Source: Eledone cirrhosa
Taxonomy: Eukaryota
DNA length: 64,000 bases
Assembly: GCA_964016885.1 (NCBI GenBank)
Contig: OZ024747.1
Location: 36,208,001 to 36,272,000 of the forward strand
Direction: 5' to 3'
Part shown: in pieces, positions 16,741 through 31,048 of the stretch
How the letters are laid out: each line of letters opens with the position of its first letter
Numbering within the stretch: the stretch's first letter is position 1
Program-made: the position numbers and the translations under genes
The notes under the pieces: model-generated
The model's database searches: none
What the model was told of the DNA's origin: nothing
What the model saw: only the letters and a program-made list of their open reading frames with translations

Positions 16741-19418
16741 TTATTGTTTATCATTATCTATAAAAGGCAGATTGTTGTTGTTGTTGTTGAAGTGAGTGTG
16801 TGTCTGTATGCGTTTGGAAAAGAGGTTTTAAAAAAGATTTATCGCTTGTTGTTGAATAAATGTATCTGTATAAAAGAGAAAGTAGCAAAATGTGTGGGTT
16901 GTAGTTAGAGGGAAGCAGATGATATGAGAGAGTAAAACGGACAGTATCACCATCAAGCTTGGAAAGAGAAAGAAGCAGAAGTATGAAGTTGTATAGATTT
17001 TGAATGGTAGTGGAAAGAGTTTAGCAGTTTAAATGACAGAAAAATCGTAAAATATTGAGTTTTATCTATTTTTTGCGTAATTGTGGGTGAAATTGAAAAA
17101 AATATCTGTGCCAAGACGCAATCGAAGCTATTTCGAATACTGAATTGTAAATTTCAATTGAAGAAATTCCATATCGTAGATTTCTATAAGAAAAGAGCAT
17201 GACCACACACTGAGCCTTATAGATTATGATTAACCAGGCAATGATTGGAGAAACTTAAAGCAATCAATTTTTAATCAAAACTGCATCATAATAAGTGACA
17301 AATGTCTAGTTGAAAGTTTGAGTATCGTCCAGCCAAGGACGACTTGGATCATGGGGTAGAGTACTTATATACTCTCTTCAGCTGGCTCTGTTCAGAAGCA
17401 ACCAGCTGCAATTGATCCGGCTGGATCCCCTAGCGATAGCCTCGTACGTCTTCTTATTCCGTCTTTTAAGGGTCTTCGCCCTATTTTATAAGCCATTGCT
17501 TTATACTTTCTGTGCGCATGAGCACATCATATTTTACATTATACTTAATATTAAAAGCATATCTTAGAATAGATAATACGGTGAAAGGCATAAATTTTAT
17601 TAATATTATTCTTTCAAAAACAAAAGGGAGGTAACTTCTAAATATTTATTGTAAGCAGAGTTTGCAGTCAAAATACAAAATATATTTAAATAAACATAAC
17701 AAATGAAGGCAATCAGGTGTACACATACATGTATGCACATACTCACACACCATCCATTTATTTATATGTGCATGCATTCACCCCAAACTACATTTAGAAC
17801 ATTCTAACACAAATACATACACATACACACGAACATATATATATTAGAAAGTGAGGTTTTTTTACAAAATGACAATACACGTGTGAAAGTATAAAGGAAA
17901 ATGGTGAAATCGAGAATGCAACTGGAGTCTTTTTTTAAAAATATATTTATTTGGTTCTCCTACCGGTTTCGCAGTTCTTGTGCTTTGCAAAAGTAGAATT
18001 GAGATGGAGGGTTTGTGGTTATGTTTACATATATGCATACACATACACTTATGCATATGCTCCCAATACAACTCTCTAGGCTATTTAAACAAAGTATATA
18101 AATAAGTATGAATTACAATACTGTAAGTAAATAAGGATAGATGACCCTAATTGGACATAAACAACAGCTAATTTTAAATAATAAGACATTACCAAAAATA
18201 TGTATATCTATGGAACAACATTCAGAAAGCTGTAAATCTATATTATGGTTAGATCATAGGTAAGAATTAAATGAAAATATGATATAGAATAAAGAAGTGA
18301 AAGAAATATAGTTTAAATTATCTCAAGCATTAATAATGACCTAGATAAATATATGTACGAAAATACAATTCATAGACAATTAAGCATTTATAAATATTAG
18401 TAAGATAGGTCCTTAAATAAATAAAAAAATAGATGCAGATAGAAGTTAAGTTAAAACAGTCCTAAGTAGAAGTATATCAATTAGGAACTAATAAATACCC
18501 TAATGCAAGGTAATAGTAAAAGCCATAAAAGAAAGAGTAGACTAAATAAGGTCACAATTATTATAATAGAAACAGTGTAAAGATTTACGCAGACAGTGTA
18601 AGAACATTTCATTTTTGTTTGGGGGACGGGTAATAAATATGATCTGGTTAACATTTTAAAAGCCTTCTCTGTGAAATATAAATTGTATTTGAATATTCCC
18701 AGTTGGTATGAGGAGAGAAGTGCTGAAAAAAGATCAATGTAGTGAAGGCTTAACATTAGACATGATCAGATCCCACATAAAGTATGCGAAGAAGGTTGCG
18801 TTTCTAGGATTTTCATTATTAAATGAATATAAATGGAAACAATATGTTCATATATATTTATATAGCTCCGATATACAGGCTAATTTTATTTGTAGATACG
18901 GAACGCTGGCATATAACGTTACCTCTAAAGCGATGTCCACTCAGTTTTCATTGGTTATGATACTTCCAGTTAGGTACATTGTTATTCATGAATGGTTAGT
19001 ATTATTAATGTAAGTGGTATTTGCTTTATTAGGATTACTACGCTTATCAGAATTATCAAGCTTCTCTAACGTACATATTCGTGACAGAGGCGAGATAGTT
19101 TATTAATTTGGGCGTAATAGAAAAAACTTGGCTTAATAGTATTTGTGTTTAAAAGAGCATGGTATATATGTTTAGGTTAACATTTCTTTTCCTAATATAT
19201 TCAGGAAAAGTATTTTTGATTGGATGTAATTGCCGGATGAATGCAGTTAGATTTGTGTTTTGTGAAGGTAAACAAATGAATGATCTCTTCATTTTATTTT
19301 CTGTTTCATAGTAGGAATAATCCTGTATAATACACAGTTGCTAACCATAGTGATACCAGGTAGAGGGGAGTAGATCAAACGTAAAGAAGGGTCATTATTA
19401 ACGTAAAACGTAAAAAAG

Positions 19419-19608
19419 GGCGGTGCATTGGCAGTATCGGTAGAGGGTCGGACCCCATCCTTTCTAGCATAGTTACGTCCCATTACGGTCTGAGTTCAAA
19501 TCCCGTCGAGGTTAACTTTGCCTTTCATCCTTACGGGGTCGATAAAATAAAGTACCAGTAATGCACTGGGTAATTGCTGGCCTTGTGCCAAAAGTAGAAA
19601 CAATTATT
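19419..19608 (+). mobile_element. Full-length tRNA-derived SINE
   Basis: A-box-like TGGCAGTATCGG, B-box GAGTTCAAATCCC, body ctttgcctttcatccttacggggtcgataaaataaagtaccag, (ATT)-like tail. At least six relatives in the window. Confidence 0.88.
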
Positions 19609-21970
19609 AACGTATAACCTACGTTCTCAATAAAACAAATTATATGGAGGCTAAAAAATAAAATACTATGTAAAGTTTCGGCATATGGAATATTTAATTC
19701 GTGTTTTGTCTTAATGACACAGCGTGTAGTTACTGCAAATATCAGTACCACCATAACATTAGGAGATTATAAATGATAACATATCATTACAAATTAGTAA
19801 AATCAATTATAAATACAATTCTACATGATAATTGTGAAGCAGAACTGTGATATTGGAATATATATGTCCATTTTCAGAGCTGACATCCGTTGGTCTCTCT
19901 TGTTAAACTTGATTCATTAAGCTTGATTGCAAATACTCAGAGAAAGAGGAACATGCTGATATTTTCTAAGAAAACATTTGGCATACACTTAAACATCCAA
20001 TTTCATCATGTATACTATAAAATTATATTTAATTAAGCACTAAGCATTACTGTAGATTCATTAAAAACAGAAGTACAACGATCTAGAGTATAATTTACGG
20101 TAGGTAACATCTAAATGCAGCATCGCCATATTGAAGGAAACTGATGATGTCTAGGGGAAAGGGACTCGCATATTTCTGACATGGTTATTTTGTTAAATTG
20201 AAAAGGTTATTTTAACTATAAAATTTATTTTTTGATTTAGTGATTAAACGTTGCCTAGACTTTCAGTTGTTCGACACATAAAAGGGTGGTTTCTATCCCT
20301 GGATCGGGCGGTGGGTTGACATATTTTGCAAAACGCTTTATTTTACTCTACTTATCCTGCCGGAATTTGTGGCTGGCATGTAGTATCAGCGTTGAAACGA
20401 TCACTGGAAACATCTTTTCCGTTGTTCGAGTAGAAGATTCGTTTATTTTCTGTTGAAGCTTACTCTCGAATCTCAAATAATCGTACTCACCCGCTTATTA
20501 ATTTTTCAAATGGTTTCCAACCACCCGCTCTTATTACAGCCTCCCTCACCCATACATTATAATAAAAAGGGGTGGCTTAAGGTCTCAATATATGAAGTAA
20601 ATTACTAATTCTGTTTTGTTTTGTTTTTTAAATCGAGTGAGACAACCTAGAGAGGTTTCTGATTGTCCAACCACGTTGCTAATTCTTTTCGGACCTCCAT
20701 TTTTAGAACTCACATATATTTGAGCTAAATTCTGCTTTAAATTCTAAATTGATTAATTAATCGTTGAGAGTAAATTTTTCATTTCTTCATTCCATACGTT
20801 CGTTTAAAGATTCGTGCAGTGTATTTTGCATTCATTAGCACATCTGTTCCTTTGTTTTATTGGGAAAAGCACGAAATTATTCTGCATGAGAGACACCAAC
20901 ATTTTCATGTATACTACTTTATAAACATGTAACGGATCTTCTCAAAGTATGTAACGCACTCCAAATTATACAATATAATAATGAAGTAATTTTGTTTTTC
21001 CATTTTCAGGAGGCATTAATACGCGATGTTTTTAGAATGTGTTTAAACCTTCATGAGTTTACCTCTCATCAAAAAATTTGGTGTTGTGATTTTATGGAAC
21101 AGAGATGAAACGTACATTCGATTATCAATAAATATCGTTATGTCTATCATTGTGTCGACCACAAATAAACTGTTGTTGACGCAATAAATTGATGCGTAAG
21201 GGAATCGCTAGAGGTTAGCACATATACCTGGCATAATAGCTCAAGAATGTTTTTAACAACCTAGATATGACGTCAGATTTAGAGTATTCAAATTTGATTT
21301 CACTGAAATAATGCTTTGGGTCCTCTGGTGAGAGTTATAAGAACTATTAAGACCGCTTGGTTAAACAAACCAATAATAATTCCTTATATTCTTTTGATCT
21401 TAACTAAAAGATCGACAAGCGATAAAGCAAATTAATTTTAATAACTATTCATCAATAAATGTTTCATTAATTATTTCAACAATATCTATCAACATATAAA
21501 AGAACGAAATATTTTTAAAAACATCATTAGAAAACAGATGCAATCATTTAAATACATTTCCAATGATGTGACTAGGGAGAGTTTACACTAAAATAGTTGC
21601 ATCGATTAATGTTAGATACATAACATTTTATGAGTACTGATTAAGTAATATGATGAACTAATGTGAAAATTTAAACTAAATTTCAATATATTTCCAATAT
21701 AATTTCCATTACTCTAGTGACGATTTTATTTGTATGGTTTCGTTACAACAATCATATACTAAAGAGAATATCGTTATAATACAATAGGCAGATTTCACAT
21801 GAGTTCAGTATCATACATGTTTCTATTCGCACTCGAAACTAATTATATTAGTTCAGCATCTTCATATCCCAAAGCATAGAACTCAACCTTAGATTTAAGT
21901 GAACGCTCTTTTATATTAAAATGATGATTTTGGAAACCAAAGCTATTGTGAATTTAAAGTAGTCTAATGT

Positions 21971-22980
21971 ATTCTTTTTTACCTGTGTAGGTAAACGACG
22001 TAAAATTGTTATATCGCTTTATCAGGTAGTAAATGCATCTATCCGCTCCTCCAAATCTGATGCAAAAAGATTAAAAATATCTCCTCCACTCAAAGACCTG
22101 GCCTAAATCCTTCCATTAAGATAGAAATGTCTAAACTTATGTAAACTGACGTGGCTGCGTTAACGTTAACAAATAAGGATCTCCCTTACGCAATTTGTCA
22201 ATCTGAGGATTTGATCCAACAAGAATTAAAATATGCGGAACGAATAACTCAAGCCAGACCCTATATCCATTCTCACCGAGCTTTACCTTATGGTGGTATT
22301 CTATTTATCAACCACTGCAGGGTGAAAGATAAAGTCGACTTGAAGGCCGAACACATAACGCAATGAAATATATTAGATTATGAAACAGGAGATTACACCG
22401 GATAATCTATTTTCTTTTTTAATTTACTGATTTTAAACCTTGCTTATTAAAGATAATATATTGTTATCTCGAAATTTATCATCTAATATAATAACGTCAT
22501 ATATCGTTCATACTCCATAATATTAAATGCTATAAACTCTTATTATAAAAATAACTGGAATTTATGTGACTAAGATCTGTTTTATAAAGCCAAACATTAA
22601 ACTAAAATATAATAACAAGGATTTGAGATAATTAGCGCGACAGGTCACTAAATTCCAATTTTCCATCTTCTCTCTGCTTCTAAAGTACAATAGTGTAGAA
22701 TTGTGTGAGAATGTGATCAATCATATGTGTATGATCAGTCATAAATAAATATAAACAACTCTTTAAAATAATGATGTTATCGTTCCAAAGTTCCTATGGT
22801 TGAAATAGCAGATGAGTTTAACGTAAAATAACGGAAACGCTTTCTTTATTCCCTCTTTGAAGGCAAGTAACAAATTTGATCCATTCCAAATTAGGAGTGT
22901 GTTTTACATGTGGTTTTCATGTGGTTTTGAATATATCCCTTATGATATATCTAACGATGCATTGTCATATATATAAATAT
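21971..22980. repeat. Left arm of a ~1-kb long-range inverted duplication (partner 43802-44809)
   Basis: For example gtgttttacatgtggttttcatgtggtttt versus aaaaccacatgaaaaccacatgtaaaacac. Colinear throughout, with scattered substitutions and indels. Confidence 0.9.
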
Positions 22981-22984
22981 ATAT

Positions 22985-23556
22985 ATATTGTTATACTTTG
23001 GGAGGGTCATGTTACCAATAAGAAACACACGCACCAATAGCTTTCACTTCAATTTATTATAATAAATTTATAAATTTAGGAATTTATAAATTTCCGGTTG
23101 GTTGGTTGATTCCACAACCAGATGGTTGTTGATATATTGTCAAAGTTCTTTTGTCACACATATTCTGTGACCTCTTCAGTGACTGGGGATTCTTTTCTTT
23201 GTTTTTTGTGCCTCTCCTTTGTTCTGTCCTACGCCATCTGATAGCGTAGTACAGAACAAAGGAGAGACACAAAAAACAAAAGAAAAACATAGAAAAGAAT
23301 CCCCAGTCTCTGAAGAGGTCACATGATGTGTGAGGAAAGAACTTGGACAATATATAAACAACCATCTGGTTGTGGAACCAACCAACCAACCTGAAATTTA
23401 TAAATTCCTAAATTTATAAATTTATTATAAAAAATTGAAGTGAAAGCAACTGGTGCCTGTGTTTCTTATTGGCAACATGACCCTCCCAAAGTATAACAAC
23501 ATCGATTTCAACACACGTTTTCAGATAAAGAATCTTGCTAAACAAATTCAGAAACG

Positions 23557-23559
<3 letters not shown>
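22985..23559. mobile_element. Non-coding fold-back derivative of the Neptune-type PLE
   Basis: Same left end (atattgttatactttgggagggtc) and tail (cagataaagaatcttgctaaacaaattcagaaacgaaa) as 5681-9258. Hairpin apex at 23237-23241. Both hammerheads are mutated. Confidence 0.9.
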
Positions 23560-23620
<61 letters not shown>

Positions 23621-23731
23621 TAAAATAACAGATTAAATTTTAAGCAAAGGATCGCTGCTTTCACCCTTAACGGGATCTTCTGAAACTAAAAAAGTCAATC
23701 TGTGAACGCAGAGGTAAATATTTCAAAAAAC

Positions 23732-24020
23732 GTTGCAACCGAAGGAAGACAGGAAGACGATACTTTGGTTCGTGGAAACGTTCCCTGGCAGAGAACGGGA
23801 AAAAAACGAATATAATACGTCATTATTTGGTGCGGTGGAAACAATTACACGCAATGACAAAACCACGTTTATGGTATAAATGAAGTCGTAAACTAATATT
23901 CTATTAGGTGGTTCGTCGAGACGTTCCCTGGTAATGAACGGAAAACACGAAGTTAATAGGTCATTATATGGAGCGTTGAGAAGAATTAAACGCAAAGACA
24001 AAGCCACGTAAATGGTATAA
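23732..24020. repeat. Two diverged tandem units of ~143 bp
   Basis: ggttcgt...acgttccctgg...gacaaa.ccacgt..atggtataa occurs twice. Confidence 0.7.
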
Positions 24021-24040
24021 TATTATTATTATTATTATTA

Positions 24041-24160
24041 AGGTTAGTTCAAATCCAGCCGAGGTTAACTTTGCCTTTCATCCTTATGGGGTCGATAAAA
24101 TAAAGTACCAGTAATGCACTGGGTAATTGCTGGCCTTGTGCCTAAAGTAGAAACAATTAT
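24041..24160 (+). mobile_element. 5'-truncated SINE
   Basis: Matches the 19419-19608 family from the B box onward. Confidence 0.85.
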
Positions 24161-24165
24161 TATTG

Positions 24166-26056
24166 TTCGTTGAGTCTCAGTCATTGATGTTAGTTAAATA
24201 GAAAGTTTGTTGAAATGAATATGAAGCCACTACCTGCAGCCTCAGATATTCAGGACGCATAGGAAAGTTCTTGCTGTTCCAAGCAAGCATGCCTTTTGAA
24301 GTGTTCCAAAAAGCGGGGCGGGGCCAATTTTCTTTAACCATCCCTGGAAACTTTTTGAGATAGTACCTAGTGTGCCTATGACAATCGGGACCACTTTGAC
24401 ATCATGGCAGTTCCAAATCCTTTTTACCTCCCACTTTAAGTCCTGGTATCGGTTAATGTTCTCCCTCTCCTTCTCTTGCACTCTCGTGTCGAATGGGCAG
24501 GCCACATACACAATCAGGCACGATCTTTTTTCCTGGTCCAAAACCACCAGGTCAGGCCTATTGTGTTCCAGTTTCTTGTCCGTCTGTATCCTAAAATCGC
24601 ACACCACCTTCACCTGATCGTTTTCTATCACCGACTCTGGCTTATGCTCATTCCACTTCTCAGAATGTGGTAAATTGTTTACTTTGCATAGGTGCCAGTG
24701 GATCATCCTGGCCATCACATCATGTCTTCAGCCTTTATACTGAGTCTGGGCTAGGTGTTTACACTCGGATACAATGTGAGCCACAGTCTCCTCTCTCTCT
24801 CTCCACAGATCCTGCACAGTGGGCTAGCCTCCTCCTTGTAAATATAGTTATTCAGCCACTTCGTTTTGAGGGCCTGCTCTTGCGCAGTCATTAGCATTCC
24901 TTCTGTAGCCTTTTTAAGGTCTCCTGTTCTCAACCAGTTCCATGTCTGTGGATCTCTGAATTCCGTTTTCTCAAAGAAGGTATTATGAAGGGATATTTCA
25001 TGAACGTTGCTCTTCCTCCTCGTTGTTATTTCCTCCTTGGACATCCCCTGGTCTATTGTCCTCTTCTTCAGTACAATTCTGAGCATTGGCCCCTTACTAT
25101 CGGTCATGTATTTGTGTAGGTTGTTCTTCTCCATCTGAACACAGTCCTCTATGCTGATAAGACCTCTTACACCTTCAGATCTGTTTAAGTGGAGTCTATC
25201 GACACCACTCCTCTTGTGGAACATGTTGTAGATAGTCAATAGCTTCCTAGTCTTCCTATCCATTTCTTTTTGTTCAGCAACATTCCATCTCAGAATTCCC
25301 GCACTGTACCTAATAATAGACACAGCTGGGGAATTTACTGCACTTATGGCATTCCTACTGTTCAGATGTGACTTTAATACGCTCCTTACTCTCCGAATGT
25401 ATTCAGATTTTATCAATTCCTTCATTTCTTTGTTCTTGATGTCATCAACCTCCAGAACACCCAAATAATTGTATCTTTCTTCAGTGTCAATTTCCTTTAT
25501 CATCTCACATGTTGGTACCTGGATTCCGTTGCTTCTGCTCAATTTACCACTCTTCATCACAATGACTCCACACTTACTAATACCAAATTGCATACATATA
25601 TCATTGCTGAAAATACGGACAGTGTCAACAAGCACATCCAACTCCTTCTCACTCTTCCCGAAGAGCTTAAGATCGTACATGAAGAGGAGGTGATTGATGG
25701 TAAGCTCTCCCTTTCCCAACTTGTATCCTGTTCTCACTTTTCGCAGTATACTGGTCAGAGGCATCAGGGCAAGGACAAACAACAGAGGGGACAGACTATC
25801 TCCCTGAAAGATACATCTCTTGATCTTCACGCCTCCCAAGGGTTCTCCAGCTGATGTTAACTCTGTTTTCCAGGACTTCATACTTTTGCCCAACAACTGT
25901 CTGATGTTATCTGCCACCTTGAAGATCTCTAGGCTTTTGTTGATCCAAGAATGAGGCACCATGTCAAATGCCTTTTTTAGTCTCTCCATCCCATGGCAAG
26001 ACCAGTGTGTCTCCTCTTGCAATTCCTCATTACCAACTTATCAATAAGTAACTGGA
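24166..26056 (-). mobile_element. R4/Dong-like RLE non-LTR retrotransposon, family A copy 1 (5'-truncated, decayed)
   Basis: KKAFDMVPH, IFQGDSLSPLLF, HLLFMYDLKLF, CRIC, DFRIQTD...NRPDLVV...VACP...Y.DL restriction-like endonuclease. (TTA)n on both sides. Confidence 0.9.
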
Positions 26057-26086
26057 TTATTATTATTATTATTTTTATTATTATTA

Positions 26087-29000
26087 CAGTTGCATTTATC
26101 TTGCTTTATATTCATACGCGTTATCACCAACTTACAACCAGTGACCTCAAGAGACAACAAGGTCCGCCATGTTCAAGGAAGAACATACATACTCACACAT
26201 GCATCTTTAGTGTTTAGACTTGTGATGTACTTATATTGACAGAATTTTCCTTAGTATATGGGCAGTTCCCATTAGTACTTACTATCTTTTGTATGTCTCC
26301 TATACGCGGGTTTCCCGGGATCTGCGATAAGTAATCATTAGACCCCTTAGGTATCATTCCCAGAGCGCCTACAACCACTGGTATTGTTTTAGTTCTCAAT
26401 TTCCACATTTTTCCAATTTCTATCTCCAGGTCCTTATACTTGCTCAATTTTTCAAATGTTTTTATAGATACATTCTTGTCTATTGGAACAGACATATCAA
26501 TTAGCAGGCATACCCTCTTTTTAAAGTCCTTCAATATTATATCAGGTCTATTTGCATCTATTTTTCGGTCCGTTTGGATGCTAAAGTTCCACAAGATTGA
26601 GATGTGATCTTATTCAAGTATGGGTGGTGGTTGATGCTCCCACCAATTCTTTTGATGGGGCAGGTCAAAATGCTTACACATTATCCAATGTATGTATTGT
26701 GCAGCTCTGTCATGCCTGTTTAGGTATTCGGTTGGAGCTATAGGACTGCACATTGAAATTATATGGTCAATGGTCTCTGGTTGTTTTTTGCATACACGGC
26801 ATAATGGGCTGCATCCATTTTTTATTATGTTGGCTTGCTAATTTTTTGTTGGCAGACACTGATATTGTGCTGATATAATCAGTCCTTCAGTCTCCGATTT
26901 CAGTCCAGAGGATGCCAACAACGGATGGGTTAAAGTTTTGTCAACATCAGGATTGTTAGCTCGCTCTGGGTATTTTCCATACAGAGGCTTTTCTTGCCAT
27001 TTCTTAGCCAGTTTCTGTAGCAGTTCTTTCTTTGCAGTTACTTTTACCTGCTTTGCTTTTTCTGTGTTTTCCATTTCAGCAGTAAATGGGACTTCTGAAA
27101 TGTGTAGTCCATTACTGTATCTTTGTGCATCTTTTGTAATGGAATATGATCTTTTGATGCTTTCGTGTTTCAAAACGAGTTTGATCATCCAATCATGTGA
27201 TTCCCTTAGATATGTAGATAATCCAATTGTTGCAGTTTTCAACGCAATGTCTAACTGGATTAACCCACGTCCTCCTTCTTTTCTAGGGAGATATATTATA
27301 TCTATATCTGCCTTAGGGTGATGCATTCTGTGCATGGTTAAGAATTTTCGAATTTTTGTATCGAGCCTACGGATCTCTGTGCTTGACCAGTTGATGACAT
27401 TGTAACTGTAGGTTACTACTGGTATGGCAAGCGTGTTTATAGCATCGATCCTATTCCTTGCATTCAATTCCATTCTTAAGATTGCTCTTACTCTGCGGTA
27501 ACATTCCTTCCTTATCCTTTCCCTCATTGTCGAGTGCTTGATTCCGTCTCCTTCACAAACACCTAGATATTTGTAAGTTTTTTCTTGATCAAGTTCTCTT
27601 ATCACGTTCCCCTGATAAAGATTAATGTCTGAACACTGCAGCAGCTTTTCTCTGGTGAACGTTGCTTTGGTTCATTTATCTAGTCCAAACTCCATTTTAA
27701 TGTCATCACTGAACTGCTTCACAGTGGATAATAGCCCTTGCAATTGTTCATCATTTTTTGCTAGGTCATCCATGTAGAACAGGTGATTAATGGTTTTGTC
27801 ATAGACTTTATATCCATGTTTTGTTTCATTGATCATTTTACTTAATGGTATAATCTCGATGCAGAATAAAAGCGGTGGTAAAGAGTCACCCTGAAAAATT
27901 CCACAATTAATATTAACTTCTCCAGCTTCCAGTGATTTTGTTTCACTATTCAAAAGGAGTGTCGTTTTCCATGTCTTCACACTGAATGACAAAAATCTCC
28001 TGACAACGGGGGATATTCTGAAAATCTCTAAACATTTTTCAATCCAACTGTGTGGCAAACTATCGAATGCTTTTTTATAATCTATCCAAGCAATCGATAG
28101 ATTTTTGTGTCTATTATGACAATCTTCCAGTATCATTTTGTTAACCAGAAGCTGATCCTTACAGCCATATGAGCCTCGTTTACACCCTTTCTGCTCAATG
28201 GGAAATAGGTCATTTGTTATCAGGTGGTCATATGTGTATTCAGTTAGGACTGATGTTAAAATTTTATACATTGTGGTCAAGCAAGTTATCGGTCTGTAAT
28301 TTTTGGGATTGTTTGTCTCATCATTCTTCGGAAGCAGGAATGTAATGCCGTTAACTAGCCATGATGGTATCTTTTCTGGCTCCTTAACTATTTCATTGTA
28401 AAGTTGGGCTAACAGCTCATGAAACTCTGTGAAGGCATTCATCCAAAAGTTTTGTATTTTGTCTTTTCCTGGGGATTTCCATTTGCTGGTTTTTCTTAGA
28501 GCCAAGCGCAACTGTTCAACTGTTATACTTTCACATATTTGTTCCTCAAGGTGAGCTGTATCTTTCATTTGTCTGTCTATCCATGGGGCATGTATGTTAT
28601 GAACGTTTTCTTCGGCCCAGATCTTTTTCCAGAATTCTTGCACTTCCTCCTGGGGTGGTATTGATTTAGCAGTTATTGTTGACTTACCAATTTTTCTGTA
28701 GAAATTTCGTTGGTTGTTTTTGAACATATTATTGTCCTTATAGAATCTAGATCGTTTTTCAAAGCACCTTATACGAGCAGCTTTGGCCGACACTTTTTGC
28801 TTGATAATTTCTATCAGCATGTCTATGTCACATGTTGATTTTATACTGTACTTTTTTTTCAATTTTCTAAGTTTAGTTTGTTTAACATGTTCACCTACTT
28901 TATAGTTTGTTAAAATTCCTATGTCAGATCGGAGAAGGTTTATTTGGCGATTGATGTTCTCTTGCCAAGTAGATTTCTTGTGGGAATTCCTTTGTTTTTT

Positions 29001-30040
29001 CATCTTCACTCCACATAAGTGAGTGGTGACTTTAGCCGATGCATAATAGAGATGATTTAAGTCAGTAATGTTTATTTGGTTTGTGATGATAATGTTTTTG
29101 AGAATTATGTTAGTCTTGTGTATTATCGTTTGGTTCTGTTTGGAGTTCTGGATATTAGGGAGGGTGTCTCGTTGCCCCATGTCAGATTCTTTCATTTTCA
29201 TCCATTCGATTATAATGTCATCCTTCAAGTTGGCAAGTTCATTCTCATTCATTTGTTTATCATTTACGATCTCATTATTTTCATTTGGAGTTTCATCCTG
29301 AGCATGCACTCCCTCCACTTTTTCGATCCTTTCTTTAATTTGTTCTGTTGCCAGTGATTCCGCCCCAACCCTGGGATTCGAAGTGTTACCGTTTACCTCG
29401 TTTTCACTGACACATGTTTCATTTTCCCTTCGCTGACTTTGTGCTAATAGCTTGATCTGATCAATTGCTATATCAGTTAGTAACTTTTTTCTTACAATAT
29501 TTCTTCGTATATTGGCTAGTTTGTTACTGTCAATATAGCCTCTGTTTTCGGGATGTTTCTTTTTCCAGTTGATATATGACTGTTCTGTATTCGATGTATT
29601 TGATGGGTAGTACATGGCAGTGTAGAAAGCCTCAGGGACTTCTTTATTATCTTCCCTTGACCATTTTTCTCTCTTTTTCTTTGGATTTCTTGGTGATGAG
29701 CATGGAGGGCCAAGAGTAGGAGTATTCCGGTTATGGGAGGTCTCCAGCTCCGAAGTGATGTGAAGGTTTGAAAAATTAGCTGATTTTTCGACCCCAGTCT
29801 GGTTCCTCTCTGAGGGACGCGGCCCTTTTTTACCCGGGTGACAGCCGATCCGGTATGAGATTTTATCATTAGACATTTACTTTATTTTGTCGCGTTTTAT
29901 CCTTATCCGCCAAGGGGTAATCATTTCGTGTTACCACTTCTAGAACGAGTGTCAACCAAGACTAGAGGGGTCGTTCTCCCCTAGAGACACGGCTATTCCC
30001 CGCCGGCCGCCATCCCGGTATTTCTTGGTCACGGGGTTTT
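26087..30040 (-). mobile_element. R4/Dong-like retrotransposon, family B copy 1, apparently full length
   Basis: Single ORF from ATG at 29876 to ~26232, broken by a few stops. REKWSREDN N-terminal motif, KSPGKD, YRPITCL, WIDYKKAFDS, FQGDSL, YMDD, CRVC...H...C, QTD...NRPD...D. ~160-nt 5' UTR, (TAA)n tail. Confidence 0.93.
27672..29876 (-). pseudogene. N-terminal + RT part (734 aa open) of the Dong-like ORF
   Basis: Long ORF with RT motifs ending at a premature TGA after FGLDK. The ORF continues in 26838-27605 and 26214-26594. Confidence 0.9.
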
Positions 30041-31017
30041 CTTTTTGTTGTTTTTTTTAAATAGTTAATATCATGAGTGGTTCCTTAATGTGAGCATTGC
30101 GTGGCTTAAGAATGAAATTATTAATAATTGACTCCACTCCAGGCACAAGGCCACAAATCACCCAGTGCATTACAATAATATAATATACTTTTTGCTGTAG
30201 TTGCCTGTTATCGTTGTTGGCTATGTCGGTGGTGGTGACGGGGCTATTTATATTGTTGGTGAGGAAGGGGTGAGCCAGCAGTCCCATAGTTGTTGATGTT
30301 GACGTTTGGCTGGTGGCCAGGTCACTAAGTCAATCTATTTATATCTTTTGCTAGCCTCTCCCTTGTCTAGTGATACCGCCACCTTCCCCTTTCTCTCTCA
30401 AGTTAACAGGGGAATAGTGGTGGTACCAATGAAGGAGTGGTGGCGGCGGCGATGGGATAGTGGTAGCAAGATGATGGATGGTGTGGTGGCGGCGGTGGCG
30501 TTGTGGTTACTGGGTTTTGTGATATGTAGTATCTATGAGTTTGTGTTCGTATGTTTAATATATATTGTGTTGACATTTACCCGTGAAATTGGAATTAAAC
30601 ATTTTGTTAACATTTGAGACAATAATAATAGTAATTATTATTATCATGCCGGGATTGATGGTGGTGGTGGTGAAATTGCCGTTATCTGGCTGTTATATTT
30701 AGTCTGATGGGATAGGTGGTGTATCAACTTTCTGGTGTTGGTGAAATTACTGTTATTTGGCTGTTCTATATAGTGTAGACAGAGGGTGATTTCTTCCATT
30801 TATAACCATTTTCTTTTTTTGAATACAAAATATATAATACAAAATTGAATATTTGAGCGATATAACAATATAATATGAATCCGAAATTTTATGGGACTTC
30901 ATTCGGTGGTTTATGCAACATTTGTACTAAGAATTGTTATTTCACAATTGATTTAAATATGTTAAAAATCAAAAACTTACGGGAGCGATTTCCAGACCTT
31001 CTACCACCTCGTGCGTC

Positions 31018-31047
<30 letters not shown>

Positions 31048-31048
<1 letters not shown>

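Noticed and set aside
17355-17385. CUGAAGA GAGUA...UACUC on the minus strand as a hammerhead
   Set aside because: No GAAA after stem II and no stem I or III.
19419-19515. tRNA gene
   Set aside because: A and B boxes are present but there is no convincing cloverleaf, and it is attached to a repeated SINE body.
20810-20860. VQCILHSLA resembling the hAT CxxH motif
   Set aside because: Single short motif with no supporting frame.
15000-22000. Host gene exons (also sought in 44800-47500 and 57400-61000)
   Set aside because: Only short ORFs without recognisable domains. Small exons cannot be excluded without transcript data.
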